Shown here piece after piece: positions 62,867 to 64,000 of a stretch of DNA of 64,000 nt. This DNA comes from Malacoraja senta. Its lineage: Eukaryota. Every line of letters starts with the position of its first letter. The stretch's first letter is position 1. The notes beneath the pieces were generated by a model. That model was given only the letters and a program-made list of their open reading frames with translations, was not told the DNA's origin and made no database searches. The DNA lies in contig CM075988.1 in NCBI GenBank assembly GCA_038087875.1, positions 2,790,001 to 2,854,000 on the forward strand, given 5' to 3'. The position numbers were made by a program, and so were the translations under genes.

Positions 62867-64000
62867 AACTCTGTAAAAGAGATTTCACCAACCAAAAAAC
62901 ACGACCTGAGAATAAGTTTAAAACTTACCTGCAGGGTTTGAAACTTACCGCTGGAGGAGCGACGCTCCTCCCAGCCAGTTGTGTGCCATTCGTTAGACGA
63001 ATTGACGCGCATGCGGGCTGGCGGGCTTCTTCACGTAGTCACTCACGTGACTCCGAAGTAAAATAACAAACAACCCTCTCCCATCACCAATTCCCAAAAC
63101 TATTTTAGACTCGACTTGCCAACTTTCCCTGGAATCCATGGGTACTAACATTTTGGACCCTGTCTCTCATCTTATATCTTTACAAAGGCTTTCCTGAAGT
63201 CCACATAAATCACATCCACTGCACTCTCCTCATCTCAGAAAATTCAGCCAGTTTGGTCAGACATGTTGTGTTGGGCTGAAATGACTGTTTCCATGCTGTA
63301 TCTCTTAATTAAACTAAACTAATCTAAACTAAACTAAACTAAACTAACTAATCCCAGCCTCCCACAGACTTAGTCTCCTTGGTCCATATGAGACTTGTAA
63401 GTCAAAGGACAGTCAGTCACTGCGCAGAAAAGCCAATGTGGAAACTCAGTGCAACTTCTTCAGCCAGTACAGAACCTGGACAAGTGATACATTTAACAAG
63501 TAACTGCAGGAGGAGAGCAAGTTTTAAATGGAAGATCGACTGGGAATTTCTACTCTGGCTGGGAAATGCACAGACACTTGAGTTCTGTATTATTTATTTA
63601 GGGCAGCACATTTTTTAAAACACTTGAGAGGCAGCAGCAGGGAACTAATGGAAACATTTGCCCAACACTCAAGAGGCATTAAAACTGTGCATGAAGTGAG
63701 GAGAACAGAACTGTAAATGTTTCCGACCTTCAGCTTGTTTTGTAACATGTTAAAGGATTTGTACTGGTCAATTACTTGTATTAACTATGGCAGAATAATT
63801 ATTTGAGGAGTAGCACTGTGACACACGACAGAGGTTGGAGCAGGGGTCCGTTTGCTTTGCAGTAAACGTGCTGCAAATGTCCTCACATCACAAAAACTGC
63901 CCAAAGTGAGCCACACAGCTCATTACTGATCATTGGGAGAACTGCAGGTGCCTGCATTGATTCACCTAACACCAACATTATTCATTTGGTTTAGTTTAGT

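Larger units (their letters stand above)
58525..63065 (-). mobile_element. DIRS1-type tyrosine-recombinase retrotransposon with both termini present, coding region decayed
   Basis: ITR cores 63002-63037 and 58594-58629; internal complementary region 58744-58856; gag, RT, RNase H, methyltransferase and YR remnants in the expected order; flanks look like two parts of an old CR1. Confidence 0.93.

Noticed and set aside
63330..63990. Possible non-coding first exon or promoter of KCNJ5
   Set aside because: Non-repetitive, but there is no CpG island or clear exon signal; it cannot be supported from sequence alone.

Overview
Repeat-dense vertebrate genomic DNA. The repeat complement (CR1 LINEs with 7-8 nt tails, tRNA-headed V-domain SINEs, abundant Penelope-derived short repeats, Rex1/Babar LINEs) suggests a cartilaginous fish, probably a skate or ray; this is inference. 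The only confident host gene piece is the large first coding exon of a Kir3/GIRK potassium channel, best matching KCNJ5 (minus strand, CDS 39983->39050). I could not find its terminal exon; there is a 200-N assembly gap at 24324-24523. Most of the rest is mobile elements, several with termini that can be read from the sequence: (1) a decayed DIRS1-type tyrosine-recombinase retrotransposon with ITRs, internal complementary region and gag/RT/RNaseH/methyltransferase/YR remnants (58525-63065); (2) a P-element-like non-autonomous transposon with 34-bp CAAAG TIRs, 8-bp TSD and 11-bp internal inverted repeats (42048-49445), inside a multi-level nested insertion; (3) a Harbinger-like 45-bp TIR pair enclosing a CpG-rich candidate signal-peptide first exon (8772-10960); (4) a solo LTR, an L1, Penelope elements with hammerhead-like cores, and large TG/CA arrays with higher-order structure. 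All calls were made by eye with no database search; boundaries without a stated TSD or TIR are approximate.
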